From positions 1 through 18,928 of the forward strand of contig CAZZIO010000067.1 of assembly GCA_964654465.1 (NCBI GenBank): a stretch of DNA of 18,928 nt, read 5' to 3'. Each line of letters begins with the position of its first letter. Positions within the stretch are counted from its first letter, which is position 1. Position numbers and translations under genes: made by a program. The notes beneath the pieces are model-generated. The model ran no database searches. It worked only from the letters and a program-made list of their open reading frames with translations, and was not told the DNA's origin. Shown here in pieces: positions 18,545-18,928 of the stretch. The DNA is from an uncultured Dictyoglomota bacterium. GTDB lineage: Bacteria; Dictyoglomota; Dictyoglomia; Dictyoglomales; Dictyoglomaceae.

Positions 18545-18560
18545 AATTATTATAAGCCTT

Positions 18561-18743
18561 TTAATATATCTTTACAAATGAACTAAGAAAATTTATAAAA
18601 TAAGCTATAATCTTTACAAAAATGGGAATTAAAGTATATGCAACAATAATTAAAACAATAAATTGAATAAGAAATAATATTGGATGCTTCTTTAAGCTCA
18701 TAGAACCAAAAATATTTTTAAAAATTTTAATTACTCTTTCCAT
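18561..18743 (-). CDS. Small hypothetical membrane protein (60 aa)
   Basis: Basic amphipathic N-terminus followed by a long hydrophobic stretch (PILFLIQFIVLIIVAYTLIPIFV). No well-spaced RBS and no recognised family. Confidence 0.4.
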   Translation of the reverse strand: MERVIKIFKNIFGSMSLKKHPILFLIQFIVLIIVAYTLIPIFVKIIAYFINFLSSFVKIY

Positions 18744-18928
18744 ATATTTTTTGTATATTAACCTCTATTAATATGACTTTCCAATTTCATTTCTATGAAT
18801 TTCCAGATGAAACTAAAATTATTTTGTTCATCTCATCCTTTATGGCACTTTTTAATAGAAAGAAAATTTTTCCATATCTTACCAAAAATGTTTTAATACT
18901 CTTTGAACTTTTTTCAAAAAGTTGGAAA

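Noticed and set aside
18773..18928. Open frames at the right edge (plus-strand ATG 18773 running off the end; minus-strand frame ending at TAG 18793)
   Set aside because: The two frames are antisense to each other, lack motifs and are truncated by the window, so I cannot decide which, if either, is real.
1..18928. CRISPR arrays, tRNA/rRNA genes, IS elements, c-di-GMP/SAM/T-box riboswitches
   Set aside because: I found no repeat-spacer pattern, cloverleaf, transposase or riboswitch consensus by eye, and the intergenic regions are short. An Infernal/Rfam scan would be the decisive check.

Overview
This is an AT-rich bacterial chromosomal segment. Gene content and style resemble a thermophilic anaerobe such as Dictyoglomus, but that is an unverified inference. 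Bases 1-13.8 kb hold intact metabolic and signalling genes: a 5'-truncated GAF-GGDEF-HD-GYP c-di-GMP enzyme, an Fe-containing alcohol dehydrogenase, and a tightly packed run of ilvD, a two-gene split cobalamin-independent methionine synthase and a GH38 alpha-mannosidase. These are followed by a membrane diguanylate cyclase, a convergent AlaX-type tRNA editing gene (probably leaderless) and a single-RRM RNA-binding protein. Bases 13.8-17.8 kb are a decaying accessory block that the ORF track mostly misses. It contains a 5'-deleted sugar-ABC binding protein remnant, two broken permeases, a secreted protein of unknown family with one in-frame TGA, and an MNT-HEPN toxin-antitoxin pair with a frameshifted toxin. 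The window ends with mgsA, a long unexplained hairpin and a small hydrophobic ORF. I saw no rRNA, tRNA, CRISPR array or transposase. I cannot claim a clearly new system. The best leads are the split MetE pair, the unknown secreted protein with a CRP/FNR-like promoter, and the hairpin plus small membrane peptide.
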